Positions 18,207 through 26,289 of a stretch of 64,000 nucleotides of DNA are shown here, one piece after another. Numbering within the stretch: the first letter of the stretch is position 1; every line of letters starts with the position of its first letter. The DNA comes from a virus. Its lineage: Duplodnaviria; Heunggongvirae; Uroviricota; Caudoviricetes. Location of the stretch: positions 34,232 to 98,231 of IMG/VR virus record IMGVR_UViG_3300035655_000051; one strand, written 5' to 3'. Made by a program: the position numbers and the translations under genes. A model generated the notes under the pieces. The model worked only from the letters and a program-made list of their open reading frames with translations. It was not told the DNA's origin and did not search any database.

Positions 18207-20278
18207 TAAATCACCACTTTCAGAACTCGCTCAGTAGCCCCCTGCACCTTAACAATGAAGGAATCATGCTTCGTCTCAGAGAAGCCAACGCCAGACAGCT
18301 GGTCATCTACCGACTGAACTGCCATCTGAGAACCGAGAGCCTCAAATACTCGCTTATGCTGTAGCAGTTCTGCCTTCAGGAATTCGTTGTAGAAACCATT
18401 GGGCTTTTCAGGATTGATACAATCCTTGAGCATGAAGAAGTAGTGACGGTTGCCATTACCAGTCTGCTCATCCCAATAGTTCGGAGAGTACATGGCCACA
18501 GAAACAGGCACAAACTGATTGGAGTTCACACCCCAGATCTCGCGGGTGCTAGTAGAACTGGGCAGCAGCTCTTTGATAGAGAACTTGCCATCCTTCAGCG
18601 TGACTTTTGCCACGGCGACATCCTGACCCTGATGCAGTGGCTTATCATAGTTAAACGAGTAGATGTTGCCGTCGAATTCAATCTCGGCACGGAAACCAGT
18701 TTTACCACCACGACTAGCAAAACATCTCACATAGAAGCTGTACTCGCCTTCCTTCATCTTTTTGATATCAGGCCATGTAATATTTTCGACCGCAGCTTTA
18801 CCCTGATTAGGACGAGTGATATCCACATCCAAGCGGCCATTAGTACGAGGATTCCAACAGTTGCCGAAGTAGATGTGATTCTTATCGGGTTCAATGCAAT
18901 GAGCATCCTCATCATTTGCATCGTACTCACCCGGCACATCGTTCCACTGAATCGAGAAACGCAGCACACCGTCCACTTTACCGCCAGCAGCCTTAACGTT
19001 TTCGCGAATATCACTGTCTGTCATATTACCGGTATACGCCCAACTGAAACCATTAGGCCACTTGAACATACTCGGCGCATTCTTATCCTGCGGAGCAATC
19101 AGAGACATCATATTCTTCTCGAAACGATTCTCCATGAATAGTTCCAGCCCAGTCGCAGTCGGCAACACATTTTTGATGAACTTGTCAATGCTGATTTCCT
19201 CTGCACGGTTAAACTTCTTGGGATCAATCGCAACAGTCTTAGCCATTGCCTCAAACGGATTTGTAGCACCAGCAATACGAGGAGCGGCATCACGGTTGCA
19301 GAACAGGATATTGTTTGCGGTGATATCGTCCAGAGTAGCAAACCGACGACCCAGACTGTTCATATAACCCAGCTCGGTGACAGTCTTCTGTGCATCTTCC
19401 AACATCTTCTTGGTGAAAATCGCCTTGGGACGCTTATAGTTTGCGGGAGCGACAACCTTCTCAAAAGCAGTCACAGCGGAATCCACATCCATGCCTTCGC
19501 TCAGATTGATAAGAAGGGCGCCGATAGCGGTGTTACGAATACGAAGCTGCGCCGCCGTAGCATATGTAGGAGCAAGCCATACAAAGGCAAGCTTTTCATT
19601 AACAGACAGCTTGTCATAATCAATCTTATCGTGCTTAAACTCCTTTACAGACCGCTCAAACTCCTTGCCGCGATACAGACTATTCTGAGCAATCAGCTCT
19701 AGCACAGTATCAACAGCCTCCATGGTTAGCTCTTCCAGAGAACGCTTAAACACGTTTGCGGAGTCACGCCACTGTGCCATCTTGGTAGCTACGTCATCTC
19801 CACTGGTAATAAAACGCTGCGGAATCTTTACTGCGAAATGATCCCAAGTATGTACATCCTTGTGGTTTTCATCGTACTCGTAGTTCATCTCGGTGCCGAA
19901 CATGTCCCCAGAACCGATCATATTGCGACTGACAAAGTACGGATTCACAATGGCGCGGCTCTTTACATAGGCGGCCAGTGCATCAACAACAGGCTGATAT
20001 TTGGCAGACTTTGCATCGAAATCCCAGATGGAAATCAAATTATAATTCTTGTCAAACGCCACCAACTTGCCGATATTCTTTACAAAACGGCGGCAGCAGG
20101 AACAATCGTACTCGCGCCGCTTACGGAACAGCTCATTCGTGCCAGCCGGGAAGCTGTCAAGATACAGATTGTACAGTTCATCCTCGTCAGCGTCAGTGAC
20201 AAACAGGGGATTCTCACTCTTCACCATCTCATTGAAGTGGTCCTGCAGCAGCGCACGAAATTTCTTGAAATCAGACAT
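18206..20278 (-). CDS. large hypothetical protein (690 aa)
   Basis: Uninterrupted protein-like ORF; no motif recognised by eye. Confidence 0.7.
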   Translation of the reverse strand: MSDFKKFRALLQDHFNEMVKSENPLFVTDADEDELYNLYLDSFPAGTNELFRKRREYDCSCCRRFVKNIGKLVAFDKNYNLISIWDFDAKSAKYQPVVDALAAYVKSRAIVNPYFVSRNMIGSGDMFGTEMNYEYDENHKDVHTWDHFAVKIPQRFITSGDDVATKMAQWRDSANVFKRSLEELTMEAVDTVLELIAQNSLYRGKEFERSVKEFKHDKIDYDKLSVNEKLAFVWLAPTYATAAQLRIRNTAIGALLINLSEGMDVDSAVTAFEKVVAPANYKRPKAIFTKKMLEDAQKTVTELGYMNSLGRRFATLDDITANNILFCNRDAAPRIAGATNPFEAMAKTVAIDPKKFNRAEEISIDKFIKNVLPTATGLELFMENRFEKNMMSLIAPQDKNAPSMFKWPNGFSWAYTGNMTDSDIRENVKAAGGKVDGVLRFSIQWNDVPGEYDANDEDAHCIEPDKNHIYFGNCWNPRTNGRLDVDITRPNQGKAAVENITWPDIKKMKEGEYSFYVRCFASRGGKTGFRAEIEFDGNIYSFNYDKPLHQGQDVAVAKVTLKDGKFSIKELLPSSTSTREIWGVNSNQFVPVSVAMYSPNYWDEQTGNGNRHYFFMLKDCINPEKPNGFYNEFLKAELLQHKRVFEALGSQMAVQSVDDQLSGVGFSETKHDSFIVKVQGATERVLKVVI

Positions 20279-20549
20279 TGTTATTATTCTCCTTTAATTT
20301 TTCAATTTTATTTGTAACTTCAAAACTATGCCAAACCCAACTGTATTTATCCGTCCATACCTCGCCAGTCGGTTCCCCGTCAACGATATCGGTCATTCTA
20401 TCAGCCCCGGGTAAATCTGCCATATTGAAAAGACATTCCTTTGTCTCTTCCTCAATAAATGCAGCCGCTTCTTCCTTTGAAGTAAAAAAATCAGGCTGAA
20501 AGATTTCGCCATCTGAACTGCATTCGATCACGCACCAGATTTCATTCAT
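20271..20549 (-). CDS. hypothetical acidic protein (92 aa)
   Basis: Protein-like ORF. Confidence 0.5.
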   Translation of the reverse strand: MNEIWCVIECSSDGEIFQPDFFTSKEEAAAFIEEETKECLFNMADLPGADRMTDIVDGEPTGEVWTDKYSWVWHSFEVTNKIEKLKENNNNV

Positions 20550-20558
20550 ACAATCACC

Positions 20559-20816
20559 TCACAACAATGATTTGCAGCAAAGCGGTTTAGCCGGCTCAAG
20601 CATTTCATCACTCCATGACCAAAGACCGAATCCTTCTAAAACATATGTAATGTAGCAATGTGAAACCGTTGTAATCTTACCAGCGTAACTACACATAGCA
20701 CTATTAACTCCGGGACTAAATCCCCATCTTGTTCCACTTACCATTTTGTAACTTCCGGACTCATGAAGATCTGGGCGGACTCTAACTTTGTCGCCGGGTT
20801 TATACTTGTATTCCAT
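20559..20816 (-). CDS. CKSLL-tail family member 2 (ends ...PAKPLCCKSLL)
   Basis: N-terminus MEYKYKPGDKVRVRPDL... and conserved tail. Confidence 0.65.
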   Translation of the reverse strand: MEYKYKPGDKVRVRPDLHESGSYKMVSGTRWGFSPGVNSAMCSYAGKITTVSHCYITYVLEGFGLWSWSDEMLEPAKPLCCKSLL

Positions 20817-20825
20817 TTCAAATCC

Positions 20826-21110
20826 TCACAACAAACTTTTGCAAATCAAGTTCTTTGGACGATCAAACATTTCATCTGTGTAATAATATGTTTTTCCATC
20901 CTCAAGAATTTTGTATCGACCGTTTGCCTTGTGAGAAATATGTACAATTTGTCCACGATAACCTACTTGCCCACGTCCACTCCATGACGTCTCAATGCCA
21001 TTGGCATCCGGTTCTGGACCAGATCTCATGTAATAAACTGTTCCAGATTGAAGATCTTCCCTGACGCGAATTGCTTCTCCATTTTTATATTTGTATTTGC
21101 TTTTCGACAC
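20826..21110 (-). CDS. CKSLL-tail family member 3 (ends ...RPKNLICKSLL)
   Basis: N-terminus KYKYKNGEAIRVREDL... and conserved tail. Confidence 0.65.
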   Translation of the reverse strand: MSKSKYKYKNGEAIRVREDLQSGTVYYMRSGPEPDANGIETSWSGRGQVGYRGQIVHISHKANGRYKILEDGKTYYYTDEMFDRPKNLICKSLL

Positions 21111-21126
21111 GTTCTTTTACCTCTTT

Positions 21127-21399
21127 TCATAATAGACTTTTACATGTAAACGGTTTTTTAGATTCTTCGAACATTTCATCTGTCCAATATCTGGAGCTTT
21201 CTTTTACCCTGTAACACATTACATTCCCACAACAATCATAACTCTCGATTGTTACTTGTTTCCCTCGAAGATTTTCCATAGAATGAATAGCAATAATGTC
21301 ATCATATGGAGTTTCTCCTGACAACATCTTGTATATTTTACGATCTGATAAATCTTTTCTAACCGTCACTTTATCTCCGGGTTTAAACTTATAGTTCAT
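21127..21399 (-). CDS. CKSLL-tail family member 4 (ends ...SKKPFTCKSLL)
   Basis: N-terminus MNYKFKPGDKVTVRKDL..., YWTDEMF, and conserved tail. Confidence 0.65.
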   Translation of the reverse strand: MNYKFKPGDKVTVRKDLSDRKIYKMLSGETPYDDIIAIHSMENLRGKQVTIESYDCCGNVMCYRVKESSRYWTDEMFEESKKPFTCKSLL

Positions 21400-21402
21400 A
21401 GT

Positions 21403-22218
21403 TTATTCTCCTTCAAACCAGTCGGAAACATTCTCAGCGACTTCATCAAGTTTTTCCTGATCCATTTTGATATATCTCATCGTAATACGTTGGTCGCTGT
21501 GATTAAATTTTGTTTGAAGAATATTCAAGATGTTCGCTCCATCAACTGTACCCTCGGCGCTTTGTAATGCTGCCATAGCATAAGTTTTACGCATACTATG
21601 AGTGGATAGCTCAATGTCCAAACCGCACGCCTTACCAGCTTTCTTCAAAAGGTTGCTCACCGATCTAACGTTAAGCTGTCCACCTTTCTTGCTCTGAAAA
21701 AGAAGCGTGTCACGGTCAATTCGAAAACTAATTGCCTGATAATATTCTCTTAAAGCTTCTTTTGCCATATGAGAAATTTTACACACGTTTCGCTTGCCGG
21801 TCTTCTGCTCGATCAGCTCAACATGATCTTTTACATGAGCGTTCTCATAATAAACATCAGCCGTTTTAAGCTTCAACAAATCGCCGCATCGAACACCAAT
21901 TGAACAGCCGAGAATAAACATCGTTTTGTTTCTAAGCGCGATTTCTTCAGATCCGTTAGACCCAAGGTACTCAACAATCTTCTTGAAATCTTCCTTTGAC
22001 TTGATAGGATCTGCCGGGGTTGGCTTTCTGCGCCCATCCTTGAGATAAAGACTATCCGTCCGACGAGGTTTCCGTGCTTTTTTCGTTGCAGTGGCACTTT
22101 TAACTGCCTGCTGAATAATTCGTTCAATATCGTCCTCTGTAACGACGAGTTTTGCAGGCCGATCTTCAACTGGGAAAAGAATGGTTTTTTGTGCCACTTT
22201 CTTTGCGGTTTCTGCCAT
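21403..22218 (-). CDS. tyrosine site-specific recombinase (phage integrase family)
   Basis: C-terminal catalytic region ...ELSTHSMRKTYAMAA...MRYIKMD has the R...HxxR...Y arrangement; 271 aa. Confidence 0.75.
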   Translation of the reverse strand: MAETAKKVAQKTILFPVEDRPAKLVVTEDDIERIIQQAVKSATATKKARKPRRTDSLYLKDGRRKPTPADPIKSKEDFKKIVEYLGSNGSEEIALRNKTMFILGCSIGVRCGDLLKLKTADVYYENAHVKDHVELIEQKTGKRNVCKISHMAKEALREYYQAISFRIDRDTLLFQSKKGGQLNVRSVSNLLKKAGKACGLDIELSTHSMRKTYAMAALQSAEGTVDGANILNILQTKFNHSDQRITMRYIKMDQEKLDEVAENVSDWFEGE

Positions 22219-22232
22219 TAAAATTCACTCCT

Positions 22233-22496
22233 TTACAAAAGACTTTTACATGTAAGTGGTTTTGGAGACTCGAACATCGTGTCAGTCCAATAATGGCTAT
22301 CCTCACAGAGCGTATAAACACCGCAGATTTGGCATTCGATTGTCATAAGTTGACCACGGTGTCTTTCCATATCTTTATTAACTCCCGGATCGCAGCCATA
22401 ACTTTCTCCGCTTTGCATTGGATATTCTGCGCCGGCTGTCAAGTCTTTCCGAATTCTTACTTTTTGTCCAATTTTATATTTGTAATCCATAATCAA
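22233..22496 (-). CDS. CKSLL-tail family member 5 (ends ...SPKPLTCKSLL)
   Basis: N-terminus DYKYKIGQKVRIRKDL..., HYWTDTMF, and conserved tail. Confidence 0.65.
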   Translation of the reverse strand: MIMDYKYKIGQKVRIRKDLTAGAEYPMQSGESYGCDPGVNKDMERHRGQLMTIECQICGVYTLCEDSHYWTDTMFESPKPLTCKSLL

Positions 22497-22771
22497 TCTC
22501 TTTTCTAAATTGTGAGTAACAGTTTGGCTGGAAGAACATTTGCGAGATAATTTGGAGGGATCTTTGATCCCGGAAGCATTGTCGAGTAAATGTTCTGATG
22601 GCCAATGAGTCGCAGTGATTGCAGCCGCGATCTCCAGCTCTGCTGGGATTAGGCTGCAGAACGGAGACTCCGCACTTGCGAACTAATTTGATCCATAGCT
22701 CAGGAGGGCGAGGCTGCCAACCTCAGGCAGCCCATGGAGCCCGTATGAGCGTGCTATGGTATTCTTCATAA

Positions 22772-22788
22772 CCGTCGGTCATCCGGCA
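22772..22788 (+). repeat. hairpin motif copy B (CGTCGGTCATCCGGCAG)
   Basis: 7-bp stem CUGUCGG/CCGGCAG with a 4-nt loop on the plus strand. Three copies in the window (22772, 24638, 36978). Confidence 0.5.
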
Positions 22789-22836
22789 GCTCGCGACGTA
22801 AAACGCCCGATATTCAAAAGAGATTACAATATATAA

Positions 22837-23175
22837 TTACTTGGATTCTTTGTCCTGTTTTCGCAGTTCATCAACAAGACATTCCAAACAGCTCTGTAGA
22901 GCGTCGTGTCCGGCCTCAAGCATTGCCTGATGAATATTCACTTCAAAATCACACAAGAGATCTGCACATAAGCTCATATCCTCTGCATCGATTTCTTTGA
23001 TGCCAAGCTCCTTGATTGCGCTTGCAACGTCGGAAGGCCCCCAATAGACCATTGCTCTGTGGTCGTCGATATCCAACAGGTCAACTGGACACCCGATGGA
23101 TTCCTCTACGACACTTGCCGCTTGATCGAGCAATTCAACTGGAGTGCCGCCATCTCTACACATCATTTCAATCAT
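22837..23175 (-). CDS. small acidic protein co-transcribed with the RT (112 aa)
   Basis: Its start overlaps the RT stop (ATGA); acidic and Cys-containing; no motif recognised. Confidence 0.5.
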   Translation of the reverse strand: MIEMMCRDGGTPVELLDQAASVVEESIGCPVDLLDIDDHRAMVYWGPSDVASAIKELGIKEIDAEDMSLCADLLCDFEVNIHQAMLEAGHDALQSCLECLVDELRKQDKESK

Positions 23176-24410
23176 TAGAAAACAACTCCTTCTTTTGGTT
23201 TTAAGTCAGCTTTGAGCATTGCCATCATATCAACATGATACTTTTCGTTGTACCGAGAAATCACCGTGTCGACCGATTCTTTTTCTACCATACGGTAGTA
23301 ATTCAGCCTGCCATTAAACTGCTGCAGGTCTTCAAGATCCCACGTTTTTCCTTCTTTCTTGCAGACGATGTAATTAGATGCCATCTTCTTAAAGTCCTTA
23401 AAATTGCGCCATCCGACTGTGATATCGTTATTGGCATTCCACATCAGACCGAGCATCCAGTTTTCGCTCGAATGCCGATTACCATAATGCGTTTTTTCTT
23501 CATTCAAAGTAAACGGAGCATTGATTGCATCCAACATCTCTTTGATGATATCCTGCATTTCCATCGGGTCAAAACTCAAATAGCAGCTGATGGTGATATC
23601 GTCTGCATATCTGGTGTATGTAAAAGTGCGAGAAATGCCGTCTTTCATGGTATATTTGTAAGAAAGCTTCTTATTTAACATATAATCAAACGGGATCATC
23701 ATAACGTTCGTGATCCACGGACTGATTGGCGTTCCCTGCGGAAGACCGCCGTTCAAGAAGCACAGGCGCATCGCTTTAGTCAGCTGGTTGTATCCATTTC
23801 GATCCTTCATAATGAGAGAAAACGGATAAATCTTGCTGAACATGCCGTAGATAAACTCAGGAGTGGAGCTCGGGAAGAATCCATGAAAGTCAAACTTGAC
23901 AGCCCAGTTGTTTTCATAGGTGACGATCTTTTCTTTCCCAGTCTCACGATCTTTTACTGTATATCTGTGTCCCGCCTGATGCTTTTTAATTGCACTCAGA
24001 GTGCCGCGCCCATTGATATATGCGTGTGCTGCCGTGTGATAATCAGCAATCATGAAACTTTTTAACAGCGTCCGCAACTCAACCAACGCATCGCTCAGTT
24101 CATTGTTCGGTGCATCAATTGGACGAACGCCACCAGTCTTCTTAGGAATTTCGAAGTGATAGTAATGCGTCGACAGGTCACGTACCGCTTCAAGACGGGC
24201 GTATTTCTGATTGAATTCCGTAAGCCGTGTAATCATATTGGTAACGTTTGTAATGGCTACGAGACGATCATTCAACCCATTACGCTGTACAGTTCGAGTA
24301 GAAGTTTCATCGCCAGCATATTTTAACTGGTTCACGTCAACGACTCCGCTAAGGATTTCATCAAACGTAATCTGCCTTGTTCTCGGCGGATTCCAATAAG
24401 TAACGTACAT
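23175..24410 (-). CDS. reverse transcriptase (retron/group-II-like, YADD type)
   Basis: RT motifs FEIPKKTGGVRPIDAP (1/2), LPQGTPISP (4), TYTRYADDITIS (5), FTLNEEKTHYG (6/7). 411 aa, no endonuclease domain. Confidence 0.85.
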   Translation of the reverse strand: MYVTYWNPPRTRQITFDEILSGVVDVNQLKYAGDETSTRTVQRNGLNDRLVAITNVTNMITRLTEFNQKYARLEAVRDLSTHYYHFEIPKKTGGVRPIDAPNNELSDALVELRTLLKSFMIADYHTAAHAYINGRGTLSAIKKHQAGHRYTVKDRETGKEKIVTYENNWAVKFDFHGFFPSSTPEFIYGMFSKIYPFSLIMKDRNGYNQLTKAMRLCFLNGGLPQGTPISPWITNVMMIPFDYMLNKKLSYKYTMKDGISRTFTYTRYADDITISCYLSFDPMEMQDIIKEMLDAINAPFTLNEEKTHYGNRHSSENWMLGLMWNANNDITVGWRNFKDFKKMASNYIVCKKEGKTWDLEDLQQFNGRLNYYRMVEKESVDTVISRYNEKYHVDMMAMLKADLKPKEGVVF

Positions 24411-24435
24411 ATGTTTACCTCTTCTAAATCGTGAT

Positions 24436-24679
24436 CTAAATGGTGGTTTGTATGCTCAGGGAGGTGCCTTCGACGGGACGTCTTCCTGCGAGTTTGCGTT
24501 TTGAGCTCATTTCCGGTACGTGTCTACGTTGATTATTTTGATCGACGAATCAGCATACCTGCAGAGTCGACGTACGCCGCATGCGATCACACGCCTCGGT
24601 TTTCCGGTGGGATGTGTATGATCTTACCTTTACGAACCTGTCGGTCATCCGGCAGGACTGTATATTTCAACAGTAATTC
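24436..24679 (-). ncRNA. candidate retron-like msr/msd non-coding RNA upstream of the RT
   Basis: About 245 nt of non-coding DNA bounded by a 9-nt inverted repeat (ATCACGATT at 24680-24688 and AATCGTGAT at 24427-24435). The second repeat sits just before the RT RBS, as a1/a2 repeats do in retrons. Contains palindromes around gcatgcggcgtacgtcgac. Confidence 0.3.
24638..24655 (+). repeat. hairpin motif copy A (CTGTCGGTCATCCGGCAG)
   Basis: Same 18-nt hairpin as at 22772 and 36978. Copies A and C share about 100 nt of extended similarity. Confidence 0.5.
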
Positions 24680-24702
24680 ATCACGATTTTTTTATTTATT
24701 CT

Positions 24703-25377
24703 TTATGCAGCCGTAACGTTAAAAGTGTACGGATTTGCAACGATCATTTTCTTCAAAGGTGCGATATTGGTCGCGAAATTGATAAAGTTCGTAACCGCCA
24801 AACAACACACGAAACGAACAGTCGGGGCGAGACCTTGAACGATGCCACATGCAGAAACCGGAGTGCCAGCCTGCGCATCTTCATGAGAGAAGTTCATAGA
24901 ATTCCATAAATTCTCTCGGTCTTTTTCCTTGCTCCAATCCGCTGCCCAGCACTGTGCATCATGGAATCCAGTGCGGACATCAAACACGCCCTTGATGTTC
25001 GGGTTGTACTTGTTCGCTTCCATGAACTGCTTGCGAATTTCGATGTTGTCGACCGCGAGGAACACATAACCGCGAATCATCTCGCCCTGCCAACCATTCG
25101 GCTTCAGAACGATTTCATCTTTGGCATCAGGATTGATGGCACAGATAATATCGCGAACCGCCTCGACTTTTGGAGCTTCAATATTGTTGGCGAAGAACAT
25201 CTGGTTGACGATATTCTTGCTTTCAACCTCGTCCATATCCCACAGCGTGAAATTCTTCAGACCATACCGTGCGAGAAGTTCCGCCACGGTAGAGCCAACC
25301 GAACCACAACCAATAATGTGGATCTGGCCGCTGATATCATCGGGGTTGAATACCATTTCAAGCTTACTCAGATTCAT
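24703..25377 (-). CDS. E1-like (ThiF/MoeB-family) ubiquitin-activating-type enzyme
   Basis: IHIIGCGSVGSTVAELLARYG (GxGxxG Rossmann), DMDEVESKNIVNQ and KVEAVRDIICAINP match the ThiF/E1 adenylation-domain pattern. Confidence 0.75.
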   Translation of the reverse strand: MNLSKLEMVFNPDDISGQIHIIGCGSVGSTVAELLARYGLKNFTLWDMDEVESKNIVNQMFFANNIEAPKVEAVRDIICAINPDAKDEIVLKPNGWQGEMIRGYVFLAVDNIEIRKQFMEANKYNPNIKGVFDVRTGFHDAQCWAADWSKEKDRENLWNSMNFSHEDAQAGTPVSACGIVQGLAPTVRFVCCLAVTNFINFATNIAPLKKMIVANPYTFNVTAA

Positions 25378-25392
25378 TTTGTAGTCCTTTCT

Positions 25393-26289
25393 TTAATTGT
25401 CATACGGAAAACAGCTGGAATTCCAGCACGTATCAAGATCTTCTGGATTCTCCTTGTAATAATTGACCAATGGATATCGAGTCTCAGACACTTCATTGAC
25501 TTTCGGAGCCGCTGCACCAGTTACCGTCTTGATTTGCGGCACTGGCGTTTGCGTGGCAACTGTTTGCGGGTACGTTTTTTGCGGCGTAACTGCTTTACCA
25601 TAGTAGGTGCCTGCTCCATAAGCTCCGTAATTTGCGACTGTGCTTGCGACATATACAGGGCGCTTTCGAACCGTTTTGTCTGCATCTTCGAGAAATCGAG
25701 TCGAGTCAAAATCTCCAACAGTAACCTTGACATCGGCTCCCTCATAGATGACATTGTCGGCCAGATCAATGACGCGAACATTGTACTGCCGCTTCTTGTT
25801 CCAGATCATAAAAATCTGATAACTCGTCGGCTTGAGTCCGTCAATGAATCGCCACTGATCCTCCATATCGCGGCTGCTCGGCGTTACACCGAAATCGACA
25901 TGGCTGTGTCCCTGAAATCTCAGGTTGCGAATCGTTTCAACAGGCAGCGCCTGAAACCACTTTGAAAATTCTTCCTGATCGGTGTCTACGGTGGTGCCAG
26001 TTACAGTCTGAGGATACAGCAGAATTTTGGTAATCTGAAAATGCGTCTTATCGATACGATTCACGATGCCGCGCCATGCAACCTCACAATCGAAGTGATC
26101 AATCAACGCAAACATCTGAGAATACGCTTCATAGGTGAAATTCACCTCGACAGCATCCTTCTTAACAGACGCAAAATTCTTCTTGTATGAGAAAGAATCC
26201 GTCTTAACCCTACCGGTCTTATACAGCTCCTGAACAAATTCACGTGCCATATCTGCTACAACCTGCTCCGTGATATTAATGGGTTTCAT
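25393..26289 (-). CDS. JAB/JAMM (MPN+) metalloprotease-domain protein
   Basis: QGHSHVDFGVTPSSRDMED matches the JAMM motif HxH-x7-S-xx-D; 298 aa with a Thr/Pro/Gln-rich C-terminal half. Confidence 0.65.
   Translation of the reverse strand: MKPINITEQVVADMAREFVQELYKTGRVKTDSFSYKKNFASVKKDAVEVNFTYEAYSQMFALIDHFDCEVAWRGIVNRIDKTHFQITKILLYPQTVTGTTVDTDQEEFSKWFQALPVETIRNLRFQGHSHVDFGVTPSSRDMEDQWRFIDGLKPTSYQIFMIWNKKRQYNVRVIDLADNVIYEGADVKVTVGDFDSTRFLEDADKTVRKRPVYVASTVANYGAYGAGTYYGKAVTPQKTYPQTVATQTPVPQIKTVTGAAAPKVNEVSETRYPLVNYYKENPEDLDTCWNSSCFPYDN

Noticed and set aside
22497-22836. Group II intron domain V/VI downstream of the RT
   Set aside because: A plus-strand stretch ggagcccgtatgagcg resembles the 5' half of domain V, but it is on the wrong strand and has no complementary 3' half or GAAA tetraloop. 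No GUGYG...AY boundaries were seen.
22497-24700. Diversity-generating retroelement (DGR) interpretation of the RT plus repeated sequences
   Set aside because: RT motif 4 is QGxxxSP rather than the DGR-typical [IL]GxxxSQ. The two similar copies (24.6 kb versus 36.97 kb) differ at many non-adenine positions. No target gene with a C-terminal variable repeat was found.
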